DNA of 48,012 bases from a virus (lineage: Duplodnaviria; Caudoviricetes): positions 1-48,012 of the IMG/VR virus record IMGVR_UViG_3300037742_000067; one strand, 5' to 3'. The translations under genes were made by a program, and so were the position numbers. This document shows positions 1-7,776 of the stretch, in pieces; position 1 is the stretch's first letter; every line of letters starts with the position of its first letter. The notes under the pieces were generated by a model that was given only the letters and a program-made list of their open reading frames with translations, ran no database searches and was not told the DNA's origin.

Positions 1-122
1 TCCGCAGAGGTTGCACAATGGCGCCACCTCGTCCGGCGCCGGCACTTCGGGCGGTCGGAGTGGCGCCTTCAGGTCATCGCAATCGAGATCACTCCAGTCA
101 TCCGGCATTGGCATCGGCACTT
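1..122 (+). repeat. Terminal direct repeat, copy 1 (assembly circularity overlap)
   Basis: Identical to 47891-48012 except T101 versus C47991. Confidence 0.97.
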
Positions 123-210
123 CGGGCGGTGGCTCGGCTGGCTTGGCATCCGGACACGGGCTTAGTGGGCAGTTCGGAAGGCTGCACTTGTTCGGCTTAC
201 TCTTAGGCAT
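1..210 (-). CDS. 5' part of a Cys-rich protein that spans the circular junction (continues at 47890-47555; ~181 aa)
   Basis: ATG at 210 reads MPKSKPNKCSLPNCP...PLCNLCG, in frame with ORF 47555..48010. Confidence 0.8.
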   Translation of the reverse strand, partial: MPKSKPNKCSLPNCPLSPCPDAKPAEPPPEVPMPMPDDWSDLDCDDLKAPLRPPEVPAPDEVAPLCNLCG

Positions 211-409
211 CGGAGGTACCTTTCAGCACGGCCAGCGGCGCTCTCTTAGAGCCGCGGCACACCGACCTGCACGGTTTCGGATAGTCGTGATAGGCGACGA
301 GCCCATCGACGAGCTCAACGGTGTCTTTGCAGTGCGGACAGGTTCCGCGTGGTCGGACGCGACGCAACGGAATCAACTGGTCTGGACTGTCGCCGTATCG
401 ATAGCTCAC
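203..409 (-). CDS. Small putative zinc-binding hypothetical protein
   Basis: CPHC...H...C...C motif; coupled to neighbouring genes. Confidence 0.7.
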   Translation of the reverse strand: MSYRYGDSPDQLIPLRRVRPRGTCPHCKDTVELVDGLVAYHDYPKPCRSVCRGSKRAPLAVLKGTSDA

Positions 410-762
410 GCGCCCTTGCCTTCCAGCGCATCGCGCGCAACGTCGGCCGCGCAGTCGTCGTCGGAGTTTCGCATGATTCTCGAAAGAGCCGCCCGGAGCC
501 GCGCGTTCTCGACCCGGACAGCGCGCAGCGCCTTTATCGTCGCGGCCAGGTAGCCATCGTCGTTCGCGATGATGGCTGCGTTCTCGGCAAACAGGTCGGC
601 AACGTCCTCAGGCTTGAGCCGTCGCACCGCGTCGTTGCCGTTGCAGCTCGCGTCAGGCCACACGAGCTCCCAGACGTCGCGCGTCTCCGTACCGCGAACA
701 TAAGGCTTCGCGTTCTCGGCTCTCATCGTGAGCCACGCCTGAAACGGATTCTCACTTCCCAT
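406..762 (-). CDS. Hypothetical protein with C-terminal coiled coil
   Basis: SD GGAG; 4-nt overlap with the downstream gene. Confidence 0.75.
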   Translation of the reverse strand: MGSENPFQAWLTMRAENAKPYVRGTETRDVWELVWPDASCNGNDAVRRLKPEDVADLFAENAAIIANDDGYLAATIKALRAVRVENARLRAALSRIMRNSDDDCAADVARDALEGKGA

Positions 763-982
763 CGGCGTTCTCCTCTATCGCGGCGCGGCATCGCTGCGCG
801 TACCCGGTATGGCTGAAGTTATCCAGAATAGGCGCCACATCGCGGACCAGGTCGACCAGCTTGCGATTGCGGGCCCGGAGATCGTTTCTGTCGAGGATGA
901 GCGTGTAACACATGAGCTGGGCCTCGTTGAGCATGTCGCTCAAGCGAGCAGCGAGCGCAAGTAGTCGCTCGTTGTCGTTCAT
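752..982 (-). CDS. Hypothetical coiled-coil protein
   Basis: ATGA overlap with upstream gene; helical sequence. Confidence 0.7.
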   Translation of the reverse strand: MNDNERLLALAARLSDMLNEAQLMCYTLILDRNDLRARNRKLVDLVRDVAPILDNFSHTGYAQRCRAAIEENADGK

Positions 983-1149
983 CGGGGGAGGTCGAAATGA
1001 ACGATGTTGAAGGCTCTGAGAACCATGATGACGGCGACGGCGATGCCTACAACGCGGATGATCGTGACGATGGCCGGGTCAATGGGGATGAGGGTGACGA
1101 GATAGACGATGAGACCGATGACAACGAGACCGACGAGTAGAGTGATCAT
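979..1149 (-). CDS. Small two-TM membrane protein (Thivi_2564-like)
   Basis: MITLLVGLVVIGLIVYLVTLIPIDPAIVTIIRVVGIAVAVIMVLRAF; SD AGGAG; start reassigned to ATG 1149. Confidence 0.75.
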   Translation of the reverse strand: MITLLVGLVVIGLIVYLVTLIPIDPAIVTIIRVVGIAVAVIMVLRAFNIVHFDLPR

Positions 1150-1598
1150 GGTTTGCTCCTGGAGAGTGCGGAGATTTGCTTCTCGATTTCGAGCTTGGCC
1201 TCGAGGAGATGGTCCAAGAATCTGACGAATTCGATACGTACGCCTCGGATGCTCTTTCCGCGATACCGCTCCCAGAGCGCAACGTACTTCACACGAGGAT
1301 CCCCGTCGTCGACACCCAGCCATCGGGCAACCTCATCTCTGTAGTACTTCACGGAGCTTTGCAGGTTGTCATCATCCATCTTTTGGACCGTGATGACGGT
1401 GAACCTGACGAGAATGGGCTCTTTCGCGAGAGCCATGCGAACATCGTTCTGCAAAACGAGCGGAATGGAGCGAACGGCGGCCCCTGTGTGGGACTTCTGC
1501 GCGTCGGCGAGGTCTTTGAGCGCTCTCCAGTGCTTGTGCGTCCGGTTGGAGAGGCACACAGCAGGGAGCTTCACGAAACAGGTCGCGAGAACGTTCAT
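1146..1598 (-). CDS. RusA-like Holliday junction resolvase
   Basis: MDDDNL..SVK...D.VA..LGVDD matches the RusA DxDN..K...D..DD pattern. Confidence 0.65.
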   Translation of the reverse strand: MNVLATCFVKLPAVCLSNRTHKHWRALKDLADAQKSHTGAAVRSIPLVLQNDVRMALAKEPILVRFTVITVQKMDDDNLQSSVKYYRDEVARWLGVDDGDPRVKYVALWERYRGKSIRGVRIEFVRFLDHLLEAKLEIEKQISALSRSKP

Positions 1599-2125
1599 GG
1601 GGCCCAGAATTTCTGGTGCCTGACACCCTTTTCATTGTGCCAATGCCAAGCGGAGCCGTGACCCTTCGGCCTCGTGCAGATTCCCGTCCCAGAAGCGGGC
1701 AATTTGCCGCAAAGCTCAAGCTCCCGACCAACCGGGAGCACGTCGTCGAAGGGTGGGAGGTACATCACAAGCTCGGAATTCCACTTCTCGCAGCTCTTGA
1801 CGATGAGCTTCCCGGTTCCTCGCGAGAGCCAGTACCCATCCGCAAACACGAGGCACTTATCCGGTTCCCAGAGCTTGAAAAGGGCCATGATCGCGGCTCT
1901 CGTGTCGAAATACTGGCCCATGTGCCGCTTCGCCGAGGCGCGGACCGACCCGACCGTGGAGCAGTCGGCGCCTGGCCGGGATATGGCCCAGTCGAGCGCC
2001 ATTCGACCTCCGGCGTTGTCTTGCCACGCCACCACGTGGACGCCGTGCTTGCCGTGCAGGTCGTCGAGGACCGAGTAGACAGCCGCTCTCGGCGTCCGGG
2101 TTGTCCCGAAGACCGTCACGCGCAT
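1595..2125 (-). CDS. SLOG-family (DUF2493/YspA-like) protein, diverged
   Basis: MRVTVFG..R, VLDDLH, ALDWA, PDKCLVF, SRGT motifs. Confidence 0.55.
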   Translation of the reverse strand: MRVTVFGTTRTPRAAVYSVLDDLHGKHGVHVVAWQDNAGGRMALDWAISRPGADCSTVGSVRASAKRHMGQYFDTRAAIMALFKLWEPDKCLVFADGYWLSRGTGKLIVKSCEKWNSELVMYLPPFDDVLPVGRELELCGKLPASGTGICTRPKGHGSAWHWHNEKGVRHQKFWAP

Positions 2126-2220
2126 CAGAATGCGACTTGGAGGCAGGTCGTCATGGCGAGGCCAGCGACGAACGAGAACGCGCAGACGACGAAGGTCAGC
2201 AGGGGGTTACCGTATTCCAT
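2125..2220 (-). CDS. 31-aa single-TM peptide
   Basis: MEYGNPLLTFVVCAFSFVAGLAMTTCLQVAF; SD AAGGAG; stop overlaps next start (TGATG). Confidence 0.5.
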   Translation of the reverse strand: MEYGNPLLTFVVCAFSFVAGLAMTTCLQVAF

Positions 2221-2423
2221 AGGCACTCCTTGTGGAGCAGACGAAAATGCTGCTCCTCGGTGATGGGCTCGCGAAAGCCGTGTTCGAACATGGTGCTCTC
2301 GAGAAAAGGATAGCCGTGACGGTCCACTCGCCAGGAGGGACCCAAACGACAAAGGCGCGATGCGCCACATCGGCAGGTCACTACCTGGACAGAGCAGGTC
2401 ATCTGGTCATCCCCAAGCGCCAT
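2196..2423 (-). CDS. Hypothetical Cys-containing protein
   Basis: ATG lies 6 nt after a predicted -10 box; CRC...HKEC. Confidence 0.55.
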   Translation of the reverse strand: MALGDDQMTCSVQVVTCRCGASRLCRLGPSWRVDRHGYPFLESTMFEHGFREPITEEQHFRLLHKECLWNTVTPC

Positions 2424-2429
2424 GCTCTA

Positions 2430-2458
2430 TCTGTACACTACTCTCACATGAGTGTCAA
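2430..2458 (-). promoter_or_regulatory. Sigma70-type promoter (leaderless geometry) with palindromic operator
   Basis: TTGACA-N17-TACAGA-N6-ATG; spacer contains ACTCTCACATGAGTGT. Confidence 0.7.
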
Positions 2459-2463
2459 ACGAA

Positions 2464-3288
2464 TCATGGCGTGAATTGAGCGCAGTGCATGCGCGCGCTC
2501 ACGGCGTGTCCGTGCGCTGTCAGGTTCCAGCGTCCGGCGACCTGATGGATCTCGACGGCGTACTCGTCGAGGTTGCCTTGGATGCGCGTGAAGAAGCACA
2601 CCGTCTGACTGGTGGGCGGCCCGACGACCGTCTGTGCCGTCGTGAGAGAAGGATTGGCTGTGAAGGGGCCGACGATGAGGAACGGCCGGTTTGGGTGCAC
2701 GCACGCGCCCTTGACGCCGATGGTGGGTTTGCCGCTCGCTATTCCTAGCTTCCAGTTGGGAATGCCTGCCGCCGTTGGGTTTGCGTAGACGGCCTCCGAG
2801 GTTGTATTCAAGCTGTTGACGTCCCCGATATGGCAGAACGCCGCGCCGTTCCACATGTCGATCGAAGTGTTGACCGTCGCCGAATGGGTCGTGTGGGAGA
2901 CGAGAAGCTGCGGCGGGTTGAAGAGATCTGTCGAGCCTCCGGTGATGCCGAAGTTGGACTTATCCCAGCAGCGTGATTGCGTGTAGGCGTGGCTTTCTCC
3001 AGTGTCGTCGTCGTATGGCAGGGCGTGGATGGTCCCGAGCATGCCGCCGCGGTAGCCAATCTTAGGAATGAGCCCGATGGGCCAGAGTGGAGCTCCGACG
3101 GCTCCGCCCGAAGCTCCGAAATAAGTGGCCAGGCAGAACTTCGATGAGCTGTGCCAGGGAGCGATCGTACTCGAGCCGTTGTAAACGCTGAAAGTCGTGG
3201 TGGCCTCCTGGGCCTGGGAGGAGATTGGTTCAATGGCTTCGGAGCCGCATGAGGCGGCGAGGATGAGTAGCGGCAGGTATCGTTTCAT
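2464..3288 (-). CDS. Lipoprotein with three Cys-containing beta-rich repeats
   Basis: MKRYLPLLILAASC lipobox; repeats KFCLATYFG / AFCHIGDVN / TVCFFTRIQG. Confidence 0.8.
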   Translation of the reverse strand: MKRYLPLLILAASCGSEAIEPISSQAQEATTTFSVYNGSSTIAPWHSSSKFCLATYFGASGGAVGAPLWPIGLIPKIGYRGGMLGTIHALPYDDDTGESHAYTQSRCWDKSNFGITGGSTDLFNPPQLLVSHTTHSATVNTSIDMWNGAAFCHIGDVNSLNTTSEAVYANPTAAGIPNWKLGIASGKPTIGVKGACVHPNRPFLIVGPFTANPSLTTAQTVVGPPTSQTVCFFTRIQGNLDEYAVEIHQVAGRWNLTAHGHAVSARMHCAQFTP

Positions 3289-3482
3289 CGTTTCTTCCCT
3301 TTCTTGATCGGTTCGTTGAATTCGTCGAGGTTCGGCAGGATCTCGACAGCGACGCGGATTCGTTTCCCCATAAAAGCCTCGAAGAACTCCTCAACGTCTT
3401 GGTCGTGCTCTGAGTCGGTCGTGAACACGAGCCGCCTTCCTGACGTTTGCACTCGCGCGATGCGCTCAAAGTACGTCTTCAC
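3285..3482 (-). CDS. Hypothetical protein (65 aa)
   Basis: GTG 3482 with SD AAGGAG; GTGA overlap with upstream stop. Confidence 0.7.
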   Translation of the reverse strand: MKTYFERIARVQTSGRRLVFTTDSEHDQDVEEFFEAFMGKRIRVAVEILPNLDEFNEPIKKGKKR

Positions 3483-3883
3483 CAGTGTCTCCTTCGTGGA
3501 GGCGTCGGCATCGTTCCACCGAGCGCCGGGACTTGTTTGGAAATAATCGAGCACGCTAAGAGCGTCCCCTTCGTCTCTCGCTCCATGTACCTATCGGGAG
3601 CGATGGTGTCATTCGTTGACCCTTGCACCTTTCTCTTGTGGGGAAACTTCGGAAGGGCACCGTTCGCCGATGCCGTTTGCATGAGCCAGTCGCGATCTTT
3701 CTTCCGGAGCAGGCCGTACTTGTCTGGCACGAGTCCTATGCAGAGCTTCACTGCACGCTCGTGGTCATTGGCTGGGAGTGGAAGAAGTGAGACTCTCTGA
3801 GCCAGGTCGAGGTCGGTCAGTTGGGGGAGACCGTTCGGGCAGGTGATGGAACCAGCCACGGTACGTTTGACCGCGTGGTTCAT
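3479..3883 (-). CDS. Hypothetical protein
   Basis: ATG 3883 with SD GGAGG; ATGA overlap. Confidence 0.65.
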   Translation of the reverse strand: MNHAVKRTVAGSITCPNGLPQLTDLDLAQRVSLLPLPANDHERAVKLCIGLVPDKYGLLRKKDRDWLMQTASANGALPKFPHKRKVQGSTNDTIAPDRYMERETKGTLLACSIISKQVPALGGTMPTPPRRRHW

Positions 3884-4161
3884 TGCGACCTCCGGTAGAA
3901 CAGAATCACCGCATCGGCCTTGGCCTCCCATGCGAAGCGCTTTGCTACTGGTATCTCCGACCACGCCCGCTCAAAGTCATCGACGGAGAGGGTAGGATTG
4001 GAGACCCGGAACAGCTCCTTGCCAGGCGACTCAGGGAGAGGCTCGACCTTCACCGGAGTGAGCGTCAGCTCGTAGATGCCGTCCGGCTTCTTCCACAGGT
4101 CGGTGGCCAGCTCGGACTCGCAGCAAGGGATGAGGGCGTAGTTCTTGAGCCGGACCCTCAC
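3880..4161 (-). CDS. Hypothetical protein
   Basis: GTG 4161 overlaps upstream TGA. Confidence 0.65.
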   Translation of the reverse strand: MRVRLKNYALIPCCESELATDLWKKPDGIYELTLTPVKVEPLPESPGKELFRVSNPTLSVDDFERAWSEIPVAKRFAWEAKADAVILFYRRSQ

Positions 4162-4493
4162 GAGAGCCCCAGGTTCTTGCGCTGCCTCATACTCGCCCGG
4201 AGGGAGGCCGCATCCGACACGAAGTCCTCGGCAACGAACTTCATCATCGTCGCCAAGTCCTCCTGGTCCATGGAGGTCATCGCCATCCCCAAGGTCGCCG
4301 CCACCGACATCAGCGCCGGCCCCAGCACGGCAAACTTGGCCTCCGGGTGCTTCTCCATGAAGGGAATGGCCGCCTTCAACCAAATCTCCTCCGCCATCCT
4401 GGCCGCCAGCTCGGAGTCCCGGACGATGTCCGCCTCCAGGTCGTCGGTCGCCTCGATGTCCAGCCTGCTCACAATGTCCGCTATGGTTTTCAT
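4158..4493 (-). CDS. Hypothetical helical protein
   Basis: High GC3; SD GGAGG; ATGA overlap. Confidence 0.75.
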   Translation of the reverse strand: MKTIADIVSRLDIEATDDLEADIVRDSELAARMAEEIWLKAAIPFMEKHPEAKFAVLGPALMSVAATLGMAMTSMDQEDLATMMKFVAEDFVSDAASLRASMRQRKNLGLS

Positions 4494-4789
4494 CGCTTCA
4501 CTTTCCTCCGAGTGTCAGCCTTGTCCTTCGCCTCTACCAGGCGGGCAAACGCAGCCTCCAGCGGTCCCTGCGAGAACGGCATGCCGTCGAGACCTTCCAG
4601 GTCAGCCTGAGGCAGTTTGCCGTCCACGGTCCGGTAGAGCCCTCCCCATGGGAGCGACACCTCCAGCTTCTTCCTGTACCTGTTCTCGCCAACCAGTCTG
4701 GCCCGCACAGGAACCAGCACGCTTGTCTTCGTCACCACCGCCGCCATCCGCAGCCTGGCAGGCACCCACGCAGTCGTTAGCTTTCCCAT
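4490..4789 (-). CDS. Hypothetical protein, first gene of the - arm
   Basis: Directly follows the 4795-4823 promoter. Confidence 0.7.
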   Translation of the reverse strand: MGKLTTAWVPARLRMAAVVTKTSVLVPVRARLVGENRYRKKLEVSLPWGGLYRTVDGKLPQADLEGLDGMPFSQGPLEAAFARLVEAKDKADTRRKVKR

Positions 4790-4794
4790 GCCTC

Positions 4795-4823
4795 TGCTTA
4801 CATGAGCCTCACGCCAGTGTCAA
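4795..4823 (-). promoter_or_regulatory. Sigma70-type promoter for the leftward arm (leaderless geometry)
   Basis: TTGACA-N17-TAAGCA-N5-ATG; palindrome AGATTTG-G-CAAATCT at 4827-4841 just upstream. Confidence 0.6.
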
Positions 4824-4901
4824 CCCAGATTTGGCAAATCTTGTAACTGGCATAGCCACACCCTCCGAGCCCACCCCCCTCCCCCCTGCCGGGGGTCCGG
4901 C

Positions 4902-4920
4902 AACATGGGACACTGTCCCA
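4902..4920. repeat. Palindromic site AACATGGGACA-C-TGTCCCA (copy 1)
   Basis: 18/19 identical to 44621-44639. Confidence 0.85.
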
Positions 4921-5213
4921 ACACAGGCGTGGCGTCCACGCTACGTGAACGGCAGATTACACCACCATAGCTACACACCCACGCACAACGTCAGTAGCTG
5001 TGCGTAGGCTAGGCTGGCAGGGTGGAGAAGCCCGAGAACGGAACGTTATGGCGAGCAGACGAGCGTAGAGCGCTCGGCGCCGAATATACGGTAGTGAACA
5101 GTAACGAACACTTGGCTTGTATCCGCCCGGGCGGCGGAGGGACACCTACGGATGAGCTTACCCCCTGTTTTAGTCGATTGGAGGTGGCTCTAAGGTGTAG
5201 ACCTGAGGCTAGG

Positions 5214-5260
5214 CGGACAGGTGTCCGGTCGGCGCGGACAGGTGTCCGGACAAGTGTCCG
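5214..5260. repeat. Three palindromes CGGACA-N2-TGTCCG
   Basis: Copies at 5214-5227, 5235-5248 and 5247-5260. Confidence 0.9.
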
Positions 5261-5367
5261 CTGCGCGGAGGGGTTGCCCCCTGAATCGCCATCGTAAACC
5301 ACCGAAAGGTGGTGCGAGTGTTAACGCTAGTTCACAGTTAGGTGTGGAGTGACTGTGACGTGAGTGC

Positions 5368-5383
5368 TGGCACGTTGCTCGCA
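5368..5383 (+). promoter_or_regulatory. Putative sigma54 (-24/-12) promoter
   Basis: TGGCACGTTGCTCGCA has exact GG-N10-GC spacing; one mismatch to TGGCACG-N4-TTGCW. Confidence 0.5.
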
Positions 5384-5500
5384 TTGTCTCTCTGTACAAT
5401 GGGTGATGAGAAGAGCTTGGAGGGACGTGGGTTGGGGGCTTTCGGGCTCGCCACGGCAGACCTTGAGGCCACCCTGGACTCCACTGCTCAACACTCAGCA

Positions 5501-5529
5501 TTGACTCTCACGTGAGAGTAACGCATATT
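5501..5529 (+). promoter_or_regulatory. Sigma70-type early promoter with perfect 16-bp palindromic operator
   Basis: TTGACT-N17-CATATT; ACTCTCACGTGAGAGT at 5504-5519. Confidence 0.7.
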
Positions 5530-5547
5530 ACTGGAGAGGTGGCAATC

Positions 5548-5844
5548 ATGGGGAATGTAGCTCGATTGGTTCTAGAGAAGCCTGAAGTGGGTCGCATCCG
5601 TGAGACGGCGCTTCGCCGCGTGGACTACGCAACGGAGCAACTGGACAAGCTCCAAGAGGAGGTCTCGGCGTGTCTTCGCATTGCCGCGCGAGTCCGCGCC
5701 AAGCTCATCGCAGGCGAGTCAATGGGCGCCATTGGGTCTCCCTGCGCGTCTGACCTCGATATGCAGGCCTCGCGTGCCGCTCGCGTCTTGGAAGGCGTGA
5801 CGGTCCTCCTGTCGCTCGGATACGATGCTGAGGAGGCACTATGA
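5548..5844 (+). CDS. Hypothetical early protein
   Basis: SD GGAGAGG then ATG 5548. Confidence 0.75.
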   Translation: MGNVARLVLEKPEVGRIRETALRRVDYATEQLDKLQEEVSACLRIAARVRAKLIAGESMGAIGSPCASDLDMQASRAARVLEGVTVLLSLGYDAEEAL

Positions 5845-6053
5845 CATCCGCTCTGTTCGGCTTCATTCTGTTCGTCTTGGCCCCTCACCACGCCACCACG
5901 TGCAACCCTGACCGGTTGGGCATCTCGTCGAACAACGACGGGGTAGAGCTTCTCATCTGCGAGGAGACGGGCATCGCGTACCCTGATGGCAACTACGCCA
6001 TCACGGAGAACCCCGAAACTGGCGCCATCGTCGCCGCTCACGTTTGGAAGTAA
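5841..6053 (+). CDS. Small secreted or membrane-anchored protein with two Cys
   Basis: Hydrophobic N-terminus; TTC...ICEETGIAY. Confidence 0.65.
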   Translation: MTSALFGFILFVLAPHHATTCNPDRLGISSNNDGVELLICEETGIAYPDGNYAITENPETGAIVAAHVWK

Positions 6054-6074
6054 CGGAAAGGATTGGATAAGAAC

Positions 6075-6302
6075 ATGGGACAGGGCAAGCTCAATCTATC
6101 GATTCTCGCGGCTGGATGCTTCACCATTGGGGGCATCTTCGGTGCCTCACAGGGTACCGCTCACGCGATCGTTCTGGACGAGGTCATCATCGTCGCTGGG
6201 CCGGTCACTCCCTGCGAAGACATCACCATTGACCCCTACTCGCAGATTGCGGTGTGCGAGGACGATGGGGAAACCTACGACGTTGTAGGGGATGACCAGT
6301 GA
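6075..6302 (+). CDS. Small secreted acidic protein with Cys pair (probable paralog of 5841..6053)
   Basis: Signal-like N-terminus ending AHA; TPC...VCEDDGETY. Confidence 0.65.
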   Translation: MGQGKLNLSILAAGCFTIGGIFGASQGTAHAIVLDEVIIVAGPVTPCEDITIDPYSQIAVCEDDGETYDVVGDDQ

Positions 6303-6487
6303 AGGCCACCTATACGCCATCCTGCGACGTTTGCGGCAAGCCTACGGGCAGCGAAGACTTCATTCTCTGTGACCATTGCGCCAAGGTCGAATACGAGCGC
6401 GAAGTAGCTGCGTGGAAGCGAAACCAGGCAATGCAGGAGGCGGAATGGGATGGCCCGCCCGAATGGGATGTGATTGGTAGGCTCTAG
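6299..6487 (+). CDS. Small zinc-finger protein
   Basis: CDVC...CDHC; GTGA overlap. Confidence 0.7.
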   Translation: MKATYTPSCDVCGKPTGSEDFILCDHCAKVEYEREVAAWKRNQAMQEAEWDGPPEWDVIGRL

Positions 6488-6597
6488 GTCTTGGGTCGAG
6501 TGGCGCAACGCGCCATTCCTCCCAGCACTTAGCTGGCAGCACCCGAGGCGGATCGGAATCACCCGATCACCCTGCGGCGGCACACGGAGAATGCATC

Positions 6598-7716
6598 ATG
6601 GCAAACGATATGCGTGTTTCGAATCAATGGGCCTCGCGACCGAACGATCAGCGCTTTCTGACGATCGATGACCTCTACACCAAAGTCGCGGCGCGTCGCT
6701 TGGAGTGCAGCGTCAAAGACGTTGCTCTCGACGCAATGCAGCTTGGCCTCTCCGACGATGGCGATGGGCTCGTTCTCTCCGACAAGAGCGGCGAAGTGTC
6801 TGGGCTGCTCAATAACTGGTCATTCGGGCAGCTTTGCCAGCGAGCGAAAGCCCCCGCGGGATACCTTCGCTCCCTTCCCGCGCAGCTCGCCGCTATCCCC
6901 CTGCAATGGTCATTGGAGACGCACGAACTCAACAGCGACGAAGGGAACGACGCTCGCATCCTAGTGCGCAAGAATGGCGAGACCTGGACGTCGGCAATCA
7001 CCAGCACCACCTACGGGCGGATCTGGGATGCGGATGTCGTCCGTGCCATTCGCGACAATGTGGACATGAGCCAGTGGAAGGTCCCCGCGTCCTCCTATGG
7101 TGCACATGATCCCAAACGCGCGACCACACTTTACGCCTCCGATCGAGACGTGTTCATCTTCCTGGTGAATGAAGGCAACGTTGTGGAAGCCGATGGGGAA
7201 GCCGTGAACCGCGGTTTCTACGTGTGGAATTCGGAGACAGGTTCGAAGTCGTTTGGTATCTCAACTTTCACCTACGACTACGTTTGCGACAATCGAATCA
7301 TCTGGGGGCAGTCGAACCTGACCGAGATGACCATTCGCCACACCGCCGGTGGCCCCCACCGCTTCGTGGAAAAGGCCCTGCCGCAGTTGAGCGCCTATGC
7401 GCAATCGAGTTCGCTTCAGATTGGTGCGACGATTCGCGCTGCGAAAGCGAAGGAAGTGGGCAAGGATAAGAAGTCCGTGCTTGAGTGGATGAGGGCCAAG
7501 GGATTCTCCACGACGCTCGCAGGGAAAGCCTACGACGCCGCAGAACGCGACCCGAGGGGATACAATCCCCGCACGGTATGGGGACTCGTCCAGGGCGCAA
7601 CCGACGTTGCCCACGACGTCGCGCACACCGATGATCGCGTCGTCATCGAAGCTCGCGCCGGTTCGCTGCTCGATGCCATTGCCGCGGAGATCCCGCAGAA
7701 AGAGCTACGCGCCTAA
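6598..7716 (+). CDS. DUF932-like phage/plasmid early protein
   Basis: QWASRP.DQRF, YASDRDVFIFLV, GFYVWNSETG, YVCDNRIIWG, IRHT motifs. Confidence 0.75.
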   Translation: MANDMRVSNQWASRPNDQRFLTIDDLYTKVAARRLECSVKDVALDAMQLGLSDDGDGLVLSDKSGEVSGLLNNWSFGQLCQRAKAPAGYLRSLPAQLAAIPLQWSLETHELNSDEGNDARILVRKNGETWTSAITSTTYGRIWDADVVRAIRDNVDMSQWKVPASSYGAHDPKRATTLYASDRDVFIFLVNEGNVVEADGEAVNRGFYVWNSETGSKSFGISTFTYDYVCDNRIIWGQSNLTEMTIRHTAGGPHRFVEKALPQLSAYAQSSSLQIGATIRAAKAKEVGKDKKSVLEWMRAKGFSTTLAGKAYDAAERDPRGYNPRTVWGLVQGATDVAHDVAHTDDRVVIEARAGSLLDAIAAEIPQKELRA

Positions 7717-7760
7717 GTCCTGAACTGGGGGCACCTGCGGGTGCCTCCTATTGAGGATTA
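7714..7760 (+). other. Long imperfect RNA hairpin (processing or termination site)
   Basis: Core GGGGGCACC-TGCG-GGTGCCTCC, with outer pairing TCCT.AA/TT.AGGA; no U-tract. Confidence 0.6.
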
Positions 7761-7776
7761 GAAGGAGGGTAAGAGC

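Noticed and set aside
1-122. Terminal repeat as the biological direct terminal repeat of the virion DNA
   Set aside because: It falls inside a coding gene, which fits an assembly overlap better than a true terminus
3285-3554. Possible programmed frameshift between ORFs 3479..3964 and 3285..3554
   Set aside because: A GTG at 3482 with SD AAGGAG and GTGA coupling removes the long overlap
5298-5313. N4-type hairpin promoter
   Set aside because: The loop is 4 nt and no virion RNA polymerase gene is present
5399-5515. 38-codon + strand ORF after the sigma54-like site
   Set aside because: No SD, no motif, and it runs through the next promoter; unsupported
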